DNA of 60,373 nucleotides, filler included. It is 6 parts of 6 records of this genome, joined end to end, with 100 filler letters (N's around TTAATTAATTAA, not from the genome) between each part and the next. Parts side by side here need not be neighbours in the genome. Positions count along the whole stretch, not along the records: positions 17,005 to 27,250 come from SRR20825019_211; positions 27,351 to 34,984 come from SRR20825019_213; 4 more parts are not named here. One strand, 5' to 3'. Shown here piece after piece: positions 23,315 through 32,955 of this stretch (the first letter of the stretch is position 1; each line of letters opens with the position of its first letter). The translations under genes were made by a program, and so were the position numbers. The notes beneath the pieces were generated by a model, which saw only the letters and a program-made list of their open reading frames with translations, was not told where the DNA came from and made no database searches.

Positions 23315-24655
23315 ATGACAACTAGAAGAAACTTTATAAAAAACACCGTATTAAGTAGTACTGCTATTGCTGTTGGAAGCTCTGTAATGGGAATGCCTGC
23401 AAGTAGTTACAGAAGAATTATTGGATCCAACGACCGCTTAAATGTTGCTATTGCAGGTTTAGGGAGAAGATTAGGCGCTTATTATGATCCGATTGCACAA
23501 AAAGAGAGTAATGTAAACTTGATGTATTTGTGTGACGTTATGGAAAGTCAGAGGCTTAGAGCTAAGGAGAATTTTTCTAAAATAATTGACTATACACCAA
23601 AACTAGAAAACGACATCCGAAAAGTTATTGACGATAAAAAAGTAGATGTCCTCATAAATGCAACACCAGACCATTGGCATGCACCAGGCTCCATAATGGC
23701 GTTAAAAGCTGGAAAAAATGTATATGTTGAAAAACCATGTAGCCATAATATGAATGAGAATGAACTTCTGGTAGAAGCTTCTAAAAAATTCAATAAAGTG
23801 GTACAAATGGGGAATCAGCAGCGCTCTTCTCCTCACACCATTGAAATTATTAAAGAAATTCATAATGGAGTTATAGGAAATCCATACAAAGCTGTTGCTT
23901 TCTATAACAATTCAAGAGGAGAAGTGCCTCTTCAAACAAAAGCTGCCATTCCACAAGGTTTAGATTGGGAATTATGGCAAGGACCAGCAGTGCATAGAGA
24001 ATATACAGATAATACATGGGACTATAACTGGCATTGGTACGGATGGAATTACGGAACTGCAGAAACAGGAAATAATGCTACCCATGAGCTAGATGTTGCA
24101 CGCTGGGCATTACAAGTAGATTTTCCAGAATATGCAGAAGTAGAAGCCGATAAAAGACATTTTGTAAACGACGGTTGGGAAATGTATGATACCATGGAGG
24201 CTACTTTTAAATTTTCTGACAATAAAATTATTCAATGGGATGGTAAAAGTAGAAATGGATATAGCACCTATGGAGGTGGACGCGGAACTCTTATTTACGG
24301 AAGTGAAGGAACTGTTTATGTTGACCGTGAAAAATATATGTTAATGGATAGAAGTGGAAAATTAGTTAAAGAAGTTAATTCTAATTCTAATGAAGCTGGA
24401 ACTGCTCTTGGAGGAGGCGGAAGCATGTCCACTATGCATGTGGTAAACTTCTTTGAAACCATCCGCGGAAAAGAAAAATTGAACGCTCCAATTGACGATG
24501 CTAGTATAAGTATGGCTATGGTACATTATGCTAATGTTGCTTATAGAATTGGAAAAGGTTTCAAGATAAACAATAAAAACGGCCGTATGCTCGACGAAAA
24601 TGCCATGAAATTATGGGGTCGAGAGTATGAAAAAGGCTGGGAACCTACCTTATAA
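23315..24655 (+). CDS. Tat-exported Gfo/Idh/MocA NAD-dependent sugar oxidoreductase
   Basis: TRRNFIK twin-arginine signal; ATPDHWH, VYVEKPCSH, QMGNQQRS, LDWELWQGPA. Confidence 0.93.
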   Translation: MTTRRNFIKNTVLSSTAIAVGSSVMGMPASSYRRIIGSNDRLNVAIAGLGRRLGAYYDPIAQKESNVNLMYLCDVMESQRLRAKENFSKIIDYTPKLENDIRKVIDDKKVDVLINATPDHWHAPGSIMALKAGKNVYVEKPCSHNMNENELLVEASKKFNKVVQMGNQQRSSPHTIEIIKEIHNGVIGNPYKAVAFYNNSRGEVPLQTKAAIPQGLDWELWQGPAVHREYTDNTWDYNWHWYGWNYGTAETGNNATHELDVARWALQVDFPEYAEVEADKRHFVNDGWEMYDTMEATFKFSDNKIIQWDGKSRNGYSTYGGGRGTLIYGSEGTVYVDREKYMLMDRSGKLVKEVNSNSNEAGTALGGGGSMSTMHVVNFFETIRGKEKLNAPIDDASISMAMVHYANVAYRIGKGFKINNKNGRMLDENAMKLWGREYEKGWEPTL

Positions 24656-24685
24656 TTAGAAATTGCACAAAAATAAAAATTGCTT

Positions 24686-25018
24686 ATGAATGATTTTTTT
24701 ATAACGAAAGAAAACACTTGGGAGGATGTAGACAAAGGGATTAGTAGACAGATAACCAATTATAATAAAGACTTAATGATGGTAAAAGTTAAGTTTGAAA
24801 AAGGAGCTATTGGATACAAACATCACCATATACACTCGCAAGCATCTTACGTAGCTTCAGGAAAATTTGAGGTTACTATAGATAATAACACCAAAACATT
24901 AGAAACCGGCGATACTTTCTTTGCCAACCCTAATTTAGTCCACGGTGTAGAATGTATAGAAGCAGGCGTTCTCATTGATGTTTTTAACCCTGCTCGTGAA
25001 GATTTTTTATCACAATAA
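24686..25018 (+). CDS. kdgF: Cupin, KdgF-like (4,5-unsaturated monouronate ring-opening)
   Basis: W..V..GI.RQI...LMMVKVKFEKGAIG..HHH.HSQ...HG..C...G.LIDVF.P.REDFL; ATG 24686 preferred over TTG 24680. Confidence 0.85.
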   Translation: MNDFFITKENTWEDVDKGISRQITNYNKDLMMVKVKFEKGAIGYKHHHIHSQASYVASGKFEVTIDNNTKTLETGDTFFANPNLVHGVECIEAGVLIDVFNPAREDFLSQ

Positions 25019-25029
25019 ATAATAAATAA

Positions 25030-25836
25030 ATGGATCAACTCAAAAATAAAGTTGCTATAATAACTGGAGGGAATGGAGTTTTAGGAGGCGCAATAGCCAA
25101 AGGCCTTGCATTACAAAAAGTAAAAGTTGCAATTCTAGGAAGAACAGAAAAAACAGTTTTAGATAGCGTAAAAGAAATTAAAGAAAACGGTGGAGAAGCC
25201 ATTGCGCTTATTGCAGATGTTTTAAACCAAAAAGAGTTAGAAATTGCTAAAACAAAAGTTCTTGATACTTGGGGAAGCATAGATATTTTGGTAAATGCTG
25301 CTGGTGGAAACCGAAAAGGAGCCACCATAGCGCCAGATGAAAACTTTTTTGATTTATCGTTGGAGGATTTTGACAAAGTAAACGATCTTAATTTTAAAGG
25401 AACTGTGCTTCCTAGTTTTGTTTTCGGTAAAATAATGGCAAACAATGGTAGAGGAAGTATTATTAATATTTCATCTATGGCAGCACAACAAGCTATTACC
25501 CGTGTGGTAGGTTACAGTGCAAGTAAAGCAGCTGTAGATAATTTTACAAAGTGGCTTGCTGTAGAAATGGCTTTAAAATATGGAGATAAAATTCGGGTAA
25601 ATGCTATCGCTCCAGGCTTTTTTATTGGAGAACAAAACAGAGCCTTGCTTTTAAATACAGACGGAACTCTTACTCAACGCGGACAAACAATTGTTGCTCA
25701 AACTCCTATGAAACGCTTTGGAGAACCCGAAGAATTACAAGGAGTAACAAATTGGTTAGCTGGAGATAATTCTTCCTTTGTAACAGGTGTTGTAATTCCT
25801 ATTGATGGCGGATTTAGCGCTTTTAGCGGAGTGTAA
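25030..25836 (+). CDS. uxuB: SDR-family D-mannonate oxidoreductase (fructuronate reductase), Bacteroidetes type
   Basis: TGGNGVLG, NAAGGN, YSASK catalytic motif, NAIAPGFFIGEQNRALL; immediately upstream of uxuA. Confidence 0.85.
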   Translation: MDQLKNKVAIITGGNGVLGGAIAKGLALQKVKVAILGRTEKTVLDSVKEIKENGGEAIALIADVLNQKELEIAKTKVLDTWGSIDILVNAAGGNRKGATIAPDENFFDLSLEDFDKVNDLNFKGTVLPSFVFGKIMANNGRGSIINISSMAAQQAITRVVGYSASKAAVDNFTKWLAVEMALKYGDKIRVNAIAPGFFIGEQNRALLLNTDGTLTQRGQTIVAQTPMKRFGEPEELQGVTNWLAGDNSSFVTGVVIPIDGGFSAFSGV

Positions 25837-25845
25837 TAAAGTTAT

Positions 25846-26010
25846 TTTGAATGTTGAATGTTGAATTGTTGGGTTTGCATCTTTTTGAAGTCGCAAAACT
25901 GTTTTTTGCCAAATCGCTTATTCATTGAACTTTCAACACTAAACTTTCAACACTAAACTTTAAACCTTCAACATTTAAACTTTTAACTTTAAACTTTTTA
26001 ACTATCAACT
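25846..26010. repeat. Two oppositely oriented degenerate heptamer tandem arrays in the uxuB-uxuA spacer
   Basis: About 3 TTGAATG units at 25846-25870; about 12 units of TTCAACA/CTAAACT/TTAAACT at 25925-26010. Confidence 0.8.
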
Positions 26011-26018
26011 TACTATAA

Positions 26019-27206
26019 ATGAATACCAAATTAGAACAGACATGGCGTTGGTATGGGCCAAAAGACCCAGTATCGCTATCAGACATAAAGCAAGCAGGGG
26101 CAACAGGCATTGTTTCTGCCTTACACCATATTCCCAATGGAGAAGTTTGGACTGTAGATGAAATAATGGCACACAAAAAAACAATTGAAGCTGCAGGTCT
26201 TTCTTGGTCTGTGGTAGAAAGTGTTCCTATTCATGAAAGTATAAAAACTCAAAGTGGAGATTATATAGAGTACATCAATAATTACAAGCAAACTATTACA
26301 AACCTAGGGGAATGTGGCATAGATACTGTTTGTTATAATTTCATGCCTGTTTTAGATTGGACTCGTACAGATTTGGATTATTTATTAGAAGATGGGGCTA
26401 CGGCACTTCGGTTTGATAAAACAGCTTTTGCTGCCTTTGAACTTTTTTTATTGAAAAGACCAGACGCTGAAAAAGATTATACCGAAGCCGAAATTGCTGC
26501 TGCTAATTCCTGTATAAATAATTTAACTTCAGAAGAAAAAAAACTACTTGTTACTAATATTATTGCAGGACTTCCTGGTGCTGAAGAAGGATATTCACTG
26601 GAAGAATTTAATGAAATATTAGAAACTTATAAAGATATTGATGCTGAAAAACTAAAACAACATCTTTTCTTCTTTCTAGAAAATATAATTCCTTCCGCAG
26701 AAAAAGCAGGAGTTAATATGTGTATCCATCCAGACGACCCGCCCTACCCTATCCTTGGACTTCCAAGAGTGGTTAGTACAGAACAAGATATTTTAGCTAT
26801 TTATAAAGCTGTTGACAGTAAGAATAACGGACTCACATTTTGTACCGGATCTTTTGGAGTTAGAGCGGATAATAATTTAGCTGAAATGATAAAAAATCTT
26901 GGAGATCGTATTCACTTTATTCATTTAAGAAGTACTAAAAGAGATGAGCAAGGGAATTTTCATGAAGCAAATCATCTAGAGGGAGATGTTGATATGTTTA
27001 GTGTAATGAAAGCATTGATTGCGCAACAACAACAAAGAATTTCTGAAGGAAGAAAAGATATTAGAATGCCTTTTCGACCAGATCACGGACATAAAATGTT
27101 AGACGATTTAAAGAAACATACAAACCCTGGTTATTCTGCTATTGGAAGACTCCGCGGCTTAGCAGAATTAAGAGGTTTAGAATTAGGAATAAGAAAAACC
27201 TCTTAA
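26019..27206 (+). CDS. uxuA: Mannonate dehydratase
   Basis: [61 protein letters not shown]. Confidence 0.98.
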   Translation: MNTKLEQTWRWYGPKDPVSLSDIKQAGATGIVSALHHIPNGEVWTVDEIMAHKKTIEAAGLSWSVVESVPIHESIKTQSGDYIEYINNYKQTITNLGECGIDTVCYNFMPVLDWTRTDLDYLLEDGATALRFDKTAFAAFELFLLKRPDAEKDYTEAEIAAANSCINNLTSEEKKLLVTNIIAGLPGAEEGYSLEEFNEILETYKDIDAEKLKQHLFFFLENIIPSAEKAGVNMCIHPDDPPYPILGLPRVVSTEQDILAIYKAVDSKNNGLTFCTGSFGVRADNNLAEMIKNLGDRIHFIHLRSTKRDEQGNFHEANHLEGDVDMFSVMKALIAQQQQRISEGRKDIRMPFRPDHGHKMLDDLKKHTNPGYSAIGRLRGLAELRGLELGIRKTS

Positions 27207-27228
27207 TAGAGTTACTCAAAAAAATCAA

Positions 27229-27250
27229 CTACCTCGAGGCAAGCCTACGA
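27229..27250. repeat. Truncated GC-rich palindromic (REP-like) element at the contig break
   Basis: CTACCTCGAGGCAAGCCTACGA (AGGC-AA-GCCT hairpin core) downstream of uxuA, exactly where the assembly stops. Confidence 0.4.
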
Positions 27251-27350
27251 NNNNNNNNNNNNNNNNNNNNNNNNNNNNNNNNNNNNNNNNNNNNTTAATT
27301 AATTAANNNNNNNNNNNNNNNNNNNNNNNNNNNNNNNNNNNNNNNNNNNN
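27251..27350. other. Artificial contig linker
   Basis: N-run/TTAATTAATTAA/N-run. Confidence 0.99.
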
Positions 27351-28223
27351 CCGGTCAAGCGCCTTGCCAATATCAATATCAATCTGCAGGCCGGTCTTGC
27401 AGCATCGCAGCGCGTGTTTACCGTCCTTGATATCGAACCGGAAATTCGCGATGCCGACGATGCCAAAACGCTTCAGGTCAAGGGTGGCGCCATCCAGTTC
27501 AAGGATGTTTCCTTTTCTTATAACAATGAAACGACGGCGCTGCGTAACATCAGCCTTGATATAGAGGCCGGTCAGACGATTGCCCTTGTCGGGCCATCAG
27601 GGGCCGGTAAATCGACCATCCTGAACCTGATCCCGCGGTTCTATGATATCAATGCCGGTGCAATCACGATTGATGGTCAGGATATCCGCGATGTAACGCT
27701 GGAAAGCCTGCGATCAGCGACCGCACTGGTCAGCCAGGAAATCACGCTGTTTGACGATACGGTTCGATCCAACATCGCCTATGGCCGATTTGGCGCAAGC
27801 GATGCCGAAATCGAAGAAGCCGCGCGTCATGCAGCAGCCCATGATTTCATCCTGCAACTTGAAAACGGTTATGACACCATTGTCGGCGAACATGGTGTGA
27901 AGCTTTCAGGCGGCCAGCGCCAGCGGATCGCGATTGCACGTGCGATGCTGAAAAACGCCCCGATCCTGCTTCTGGACGAGGCAACATCAGCCCTTGATAC
28001 GGAATCCGAACGCCACATTCAGGGGGCCCTGACCGAATTGATGAAAGGACGGACGACGCTTGTCATCGCGCACCGCCTTTCGACGATTGTCGATGCCGAC
28101 AAAATTTGCGTCATTCAGAACGGGCATGTTACCGAACAGGGACGCCATGAAGAATTGCTTGCGCTTGGAGGGGCTTACGCCAATCTCTATAATCTGCAAT
28201 TCTCGGAAGAGAGCGATAACTAG
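27351..28223 (+). CDS. msbA: MsbA-type ABC exporter, C-terminal part (5' truncated)
   Basis: Frame open from contig start (PVKRLANIN..AASQRVF); GPSGAGKST, LSGGQRQRIAIAR, LLLDEATSALD, IAHRLST; heads a lipid A cluster. Confidence 0.88.
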   Translation, partial: PVKRLANININLQAGLAASQRVFTVLDIEPEIRDADDAKTLQVKGGAIQFKDVSFSYNNETTALRNISLDIEAGQTIALVGPSGAGKSTILNLIPRFYDINAGAITIDGQDIRDVTLESLRSATALVSQEITLFDDTVRSNIAYGRFGASDAEIEEAARHAAAHDFILQLENGYDTIVGEHGVKLSGGQRQRIAIARAMLKNAPILLLDEATSALDTESERHIQGALTELMKGRTTLVIAHRLSTIVDADKICVIQNGHVTEQGRHEELLALGGAYANLYNLQFSEESDN

Positions 28224-28249
28224 GCCGACAGAAATCGGGATAAACTGGC

Positions 28250-29026
28250 GTGCAGTTTCATAAGCGGATCATAAAAAGCGATCAGGCGCGCAGCACTTTG
28301 TGCTGGCTTGCGGCAACCTATATCCGGTTCATTCGTCTTACCGGTCGCTGGCACACGGAAGGTGGCGATCATCCTGCGCATTTCCTGACCGAAGGAAAAC
28401 CCTTTATCGTGGCTTTCTGGCATCAGCGGTTGCTGATGATGCCCTATACATGGCGTTCGGTTGCGGGGAACCGACCGTTTAACATGCTGATTTCATCGCA
28501 TCGCGACGGTGAAATCATTTCCCGCACCATCGGTCATTTCGGAATTGCGACAATTGCCGGGTCAACCGGACAAGGCAAGGGCGGCGCAGCAGCGTTGCGG
28601 CGTATTCTCAAGGCCCTCAAGTCCGGCGAAGTCGTCGGCATGACCCCGGATGGACCGCGCGGACCACGCATGCGGATTTCCGATGGCATCGTTCAGGCCG
28701 CACGACTGGCCGAAGTCCCGATTTTCCCACTGACCTATTCTGCCTCAAGACGCCGCGTTTTTGGCAGCTGGGACCGGTTTGTTTTGCCGCTTCCATTTTC
28801 AAAAGGTGTCTTTAGCTGGGGCGATCCCATCCATATCCCGCGCGATCTGGATGACGACGGATTGGAAGAAAAGCGGCTGGAACTTGAAGCAGCTTTGACC
28901 AAGCTGACACAGGAAAGCGATGCCAAGCTTGGCCTTGACGTGATTGAACCAGCCGGACCGGATGAACTTCCCAAACAGAAGCGGTCGGCCGTGGCGGCGG
29001 CGGCAGAACAGGAAACGGCCAAATGA
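28250..29026 (+). CDS. DUF374 lysophospholipid acyltransferase-family protein (LpxJ-like)
   Basis: AFWHQR, LISSHRDGE, TPDGPRGP, SWDRFVLPLPFS; lies between msbA and waaA. Confidence 0.85.
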   Translation: MQFHKRIIKSDQARSTLCWLAATYIRFIRLTGRWHTEGGDHPAHFLTEGKPFIVAFWHQRLLMMPYTWRSVAGNRPFNMLISSHRDGEIISRTIGHFGIATIAGSTGQGKGGAAALRRILKALKSGEVVGMTPDGPRGPRMRISDGIVQAARLAEVPIFPLTYSASRRRVFGSWDRFVLPLPFSKGVFSWGDPIHIPRDLDDDGLEEKRLELEAALTKLTQESDAKLGLDVIEPAGPDELPKQKRSAVAAAAEQETAK

Positions 29027-30309
29027 GCCTGTTTTACGCCTATCGCGTTGCGACACGGCTTTTGGGTCCGGTACTTGGTCTTTATCTGCAACGGCGCAAA
29101 AAACGCGGCAAGGAAGATGCAGGAAGGATCGGCGAACGGTTCGGTCATGCCAGCGCATTGCGCCCGAAGGGAAAGCTGGTCTGGATACACGGGGCCAGCG
29201 TTGGCGAATCCCTTTCCGCCCTGCCGGTGATTGATGCCCTTCGCGCGCGTTTTCCCGATGTGTCGATACTTGTCACCACCGGCACCGTCACATCCGCGGC
29301 AATGATGTATCAACGCCTTCCGGAAGGTGTGATCCATCAGTTTATTCCAATTGACCGACAGGTCTGCGTTGCGCGTTTCCTGCACCACTGGAAACCTGAT
29401 GTCGCACTTTGGCTTGAAAGCGATTTCTGGCCCAACATTCTGACAAAGGCCAAAAAGGCGGGGACCAGACTGGCACTTCTGAACGGTCGTATCTCGTCCC
29501 GAAGTTTTAAAAGCTATTCCCGGTTCCCTTCCTTCATTACCCCGGTGATTTCGGCCTTTGACCTGATCCTAAGTCAGGGGGCAGAGGAAACCGGGCGTTT
29601 CATCGCATTGGGCGGAACCGATGTTCGTGCGGTCGGGAACCTGAAATTCGCAGCCCCCGCCCTGCCGGTTGATAGCGACACGTTGTCCGAACTCAGGACA
29701 CAGATTGGCAATCGTGCCGTATGGCTTGCCGCAAGTACGTTTGACGGCGAAGAAGCCGCATGCGCACAGGTTCATAAAAGCCTTGCCAGCAAACATGAAA
29801 ACCTTCTGACGGTGATCGTTCCCCGCCATTCTGATCGGGCCAACGATATCGAAACCGACCTGATCGCAAAGGGCCTGCGCGTCGCGCGCCGAAGCCTTGG
29901 CCATGTGATTACCGATCAGGTTGATGTTTATCTTGGCGACACCATGGGCGAGATGGGGCTTTATTACCGGCTTGCACCGGTATGCCTGATCGGCAAAACC
30001 CTTTGCGCATCGGGTGGGCAAAACCCGCTGGAACCAGCAAGGCTTGGCTGTGCGATCCTGCATGGCCCGGATATGAGCAACTTTAACGAAATCAGCCGCG
30101 AACTTCTTGCCGCCAGGGCATGCCGTCCGGTTGCCGACATCGATGATCTGGCCCGGCAGGTTGATACCCTTCTGACATATCCGGAAAAGGCCCGGGAACT
30201 GGCAAATGCTGCGCTGGAATATGCCAATTCCAAGGCCGAGGTGCTTGATCGGACGATGGATGCAATCGCGCCGCTTTTAATCAGCGAGGCCGCCAATGCG
30301 CGCCCCTGA
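29023..30309 (+). CDS. waaA: Kdo transferase
   Basis: WIHGASVGE, VTTGTVTS, GNLKF, VPRH, DTMGEMG, GGQNPLEPA. Confidence 0.97.
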   Translation: MSLFYAYRVATRLLGPVLGLYLQRRKKRGKEDAGRIGERFGHASALRPKGKLVWIHGASVGESLSALPVIDALRARFPDVSILVTTGTVTSAAMMYQRLPEGVIHQFIPIDRQVCVARFLHHWKPDVALWLESDFWPNILTKAKKAGTRLALLNGRISSRSFKSYSRFPSFITPVISAFDLILSQGAEETGRFIALGGTDVRAVGNLKFAAPALPVDSDTLSELRTQIGNRAVWLAASTFDGEEAACAQVHKSLASKHENLLTVIVPRHSDRANDIETDLIAKGLRVARRSLGHVITDQVDVYLGDTMGEMGLYYRLAPVCLIGKTLCASGGQNPLEPARLGCAILHGPDMSNFNEISRELLAARACRPVADIDDLARQVDTLLTYPEKARELANAALEYANSKAEVLDRTMDAIAPLLISEAANARP

Positions 30310-31267
30310 TTTCTGGCAAGCGGATGGTTTCTGGGCCAAGGCATTATCGCCCCTGTCGCTGCTGTGGCGGGCGGGTGCGGGCATTCGCGCCATGAAAACA
30401 ACCATGCGTCATCCCGGATGCAAGGTTTTCTGCGTTGGCAATTTTACCATCGGCGGTGCTGGAAAAACCCCGACGGCAATCGCGCTTTATCACACGCTGC
30501 ACCATATAGGCATCAACGCCCATTTTCTGAGCCGTGGCTATGGCGGGCGTGAAATCGGCCCGCATCGCGTTGATCCGGCGACCGATACGGCCTCCGATGT
30601 CGGTGATGAGCCGCTGCTTTTGGCACATACCGCCACAACGTGGGTTTCGCGTGACCGGGGCATGGGGGCCGAAACCGCCCGTAATGCCGGGGCCGATGCG
30701 ATTATCATGGATGACGGACTGCAAAACCCGTCCGTGATCAAGGATTGCAGCTTTGCCGTTGTCGATAGTGGTTTCGGCATTGGGAATGGTCGCGTGATCC
30801 CGGCTGGGCCGATGCGCGAAACACTTGAACAGGGCTTGGCAAAAGTCCACGCCATCATCCTGATTGGCGATGGAAATCCGCCATTTCTGGCAAATCTTCC
30901 TGCCTCTGTCCCGGTTCTGAGAGCCCGAGTTGTGCCTTGCAACGGTGTCGAGTTTGACGGTCGCAGGGTCCTTGCATTTGCGGGCATTGCCCGCCCGGCG
31001 AAATTCCATGACAGCCTGCGTACCGTTGGTGCCAATATTGTTGCCACCGTCGATTTCGCGGACCATCATCCGTTTCGCCCGAATGAACTGGCTGACCTGC
31101 GCCAAAGGGCCGCAGCCCTGAACGCGGATCTGGTAACAACGGAAAAAGATCTGATGCGCTTGCCTGTCGCGGCGCGCAACGGCATAAGCACACTTGGCAT
31201 CAAACTGGAATTCGAAGCCCCGGACCAGCTTGAGAAAATCATTAAAGCGGTATTGTCTGATGGCTGA
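30296..31267 (+). CDS. lpxK: Tetraacyldisaccharide 4'-kinase
   Basis: VGNFTIGGAGKTP, LSRGYG, GDEP, MDDGLQN, PAGPMRE, FADHH, TTEKD. Confidence 0.97.
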   Translation: MRAPDFWQADGFWAKALSPLSLLWRAGAGIRAMKTTMRHPGCKVFCVGNFTIGGAGKTPTAIALYHTLHHIGINAHFLSRGYGGREIGPHRVDPATDTASDVGDEPLLLAHTATTWVSRDRGMGAETARNAGADAIIMDDGLQNPSVIKDCSFAVVDSGFGIGNGRVIPAGPMRETLEQGLAKVHAIILIGDGNPPFLANLPASVPVLRARVVPCNGVEFDGRRVLAFAGIARPAKFHDSLRTVGANIVATVDFADHHPFRPNELADLRQRAAALNADLVTTEKDLMRLPVAARNGISTLGIKLEFEAPDQLEKIIKAVLSDG

Positions 31268-32159
31268 ACGCAGCGCCTTTTACAAAGCACGCCAGAAATA
31301 TGTTTCCCACCCTTTACAGGGGCTTGGCGCCTATTTGCTGTTTGGCTTTTTCAAGGTCATGCCGATTGATCTTGCGTCTGCTATCGGCGGTCGGCTTCTG
31401 CGCGCGATTGGCCCGAAACTTGGGCAAAGCAAGAAAGCCCGAAATAATCTCGTCAAGGCTTTTCCGGAAAAGTCAGCCGAAGAAATCGAAGCCATCATTA
31501 CAGATATGTGGGAGAATCTCGGTCGTAGTGCGGCAGAAATTCCCCATCTTCCAACGCTGGATTGCGGAAGCCCCCGCCTTGAAATCGTCGGTCTGGAAAA
31601 CGGTATGGCGACAAGGGAAGATAACAAACCCGGTCTGTTCTTTACCGGCCATATGGGGAACTGGGAAGTTTCGACCAAGATTGGCGATGCGCTTGATATG
31701 GAAATGATGACCATTTATCGCGCACCGGATAACCCCTGGGTCGATAAACTTTTCAAAAGCGTTCGCAAGGGATTTCGCGGCGAACTGGTGCCAAAGGGTG
31801 CCAAAGGTGCACGAAAATTTGCCGCCTTCCTGAAAAAAGGTGGCCACGCAGCCCTATTGGTCGATCAGAAGCTCAATAACGGGATCGCCGTACCTTTCTT
31901 TGGCCGCGATGCGATGACGGCCCCCGCACTGGCACAATTTGCCCTGAAATACGATTGCCCGGTCATTCCGGTGAGGGTCGAAAGGTTGAGCGGTGCCAAT
32001 TTCCGGATGACGTTTTATCCGGCGCTGACAATTATCCCCACCGAAGACCGCGAGGCAGATGTCCTTCGTATCATGACCGAAGTGAACGCCATCATGGAAG
32101 GCTGGATCCGTGAACGGCCGGCACAATGGCTTTGGCTTCACAAACGCTGGCCGAACTAA
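31260..32159 (+). CDS. lpxL: Lipid A late acyltransferase (LpxL/HtrB family)
   Basis: HMGNWE, LVDQ, VPFFG, P.QWLWLHKRW; likely start is ATG 31260 overlapping the lpxK end, not 31194. Confidence 0.9.
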   Translation: MAERSAFYKARQKYVSHPLQGLGAYLLFGFFKVMPIDLASAIGGRLLRAIGPKLGQSKKARNNLVKAFPEKSAEEIEAIITDMWENLGRSAAEIPHLPTLDCGSPRLEIVGLENGMATREDNKPGLFFTGHMGNWEVSTKIGDALDMEMMTIYRAPDNPWVDKLFKSVRKGFRGELVPKGAKGARKFAAFLKKGGHAALLVDQKLNNGIAVPFFGRDAMTAPALAQFALKYDCPVIPVRVERLSGANFRMTFYPALTIIPTEDREADVLRIMTEVNAIMEGWIRERPAQWLWLHKRWPN

Positions 32160-32250
32160 GCGACAATTATCACGCTGGCATTAACCTAATTGGAACGACC
32201 TTGCACCAGACTGGTGGCCACCTCACCACCATCTCCGGGGAAGTTTCTTT

Positions 32251-32856
32251 TTGCTGCGTTTCGTCGTCCCGCTTTTCCTGATCCTTATTGCATCGATGTT
32301 TGCGGTCTGGCCGTCCTTTGCGCTTGAGGGCGACATCGGCAAGATCGAAAGCAGTTCAAAAAATGTGCGCATACGGATTGCCGAGCTTGATCAGCAGTTG
32401 CGCACACATCTGCAAGAAGCGGTCGAAAAATTCGGTGATCGCCAGATCGAATGCGGTGCCAGCGGCGAAAAGAAATCACTGTCAGATTGCATTGCCGAAG
32501 ACAACGATAACCTGACGCAAGCCAAACTATCGATTGCACGTGCCAAAGATCGCGACGCGGAAGAAAGCCCGCTTGATGAACTGGCTGCAACCGAAGAACG
32601 TTTTGCCATGTTCATCGAACGTCTCAATAAAACCAACGACCTTCTGTCCCGTGCCGGGGCAACAATGTATCGGACCAGCTTCGACATCACACCGGAAATG
32701 GATCAGTTGCGCCGACAGGTTATTGTCTATGTCGAACGCAAACAGGAATATGATCTGCGCCTGAATCAGGCGATGTTGATCGCGGGTGTAACGCTTGTCC
32801 TGATCGCTATTTTCGCGATGATCTTTTTCGCCACACGCCGCATTCGGGGAAATTAG
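32251..32856 (+). CDS. Hypothetical exported helical protein with C-terminal membrane anchor
   Basis: N-terminal signal-like segment, coiled-coil-like body with two Cys, C-terminal TM followed by RRIR. Confidence 0.7.
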   Translation: MLRFVVPLFLILIASMFAVWPSFALEGDIGKIESSSKNVRIRIAELDQQLRTHLQEAVEKFGDRQIECGASGEKKSLSDCIAEDNDNLTQAKLSIARAKDRDAEESPLDELAATEERFAMFIERLNKTNDLLSRAGATMYRTSFDITPEMDQLRRQVIVYVERKQEYDLRLNQAMLIAGVTLVLIAIFAMIFFATRRIRGN

Positions 32857-32955
32857 GATCAGCATCCTTTGTTGCAGGACAAATTGCGTTGATAATGTGA
32901 TCAAACCCCGTTACCGACTGGCTCAAGAGCGATCGTCCGAGGAAACTAAGAAATA

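Noticed and set aside
25846-26010. CRISPR array
   Set aside because: 7-bp tandem units without spacers; no cas genes or repeat-spacer pattern seen anywhere in the window
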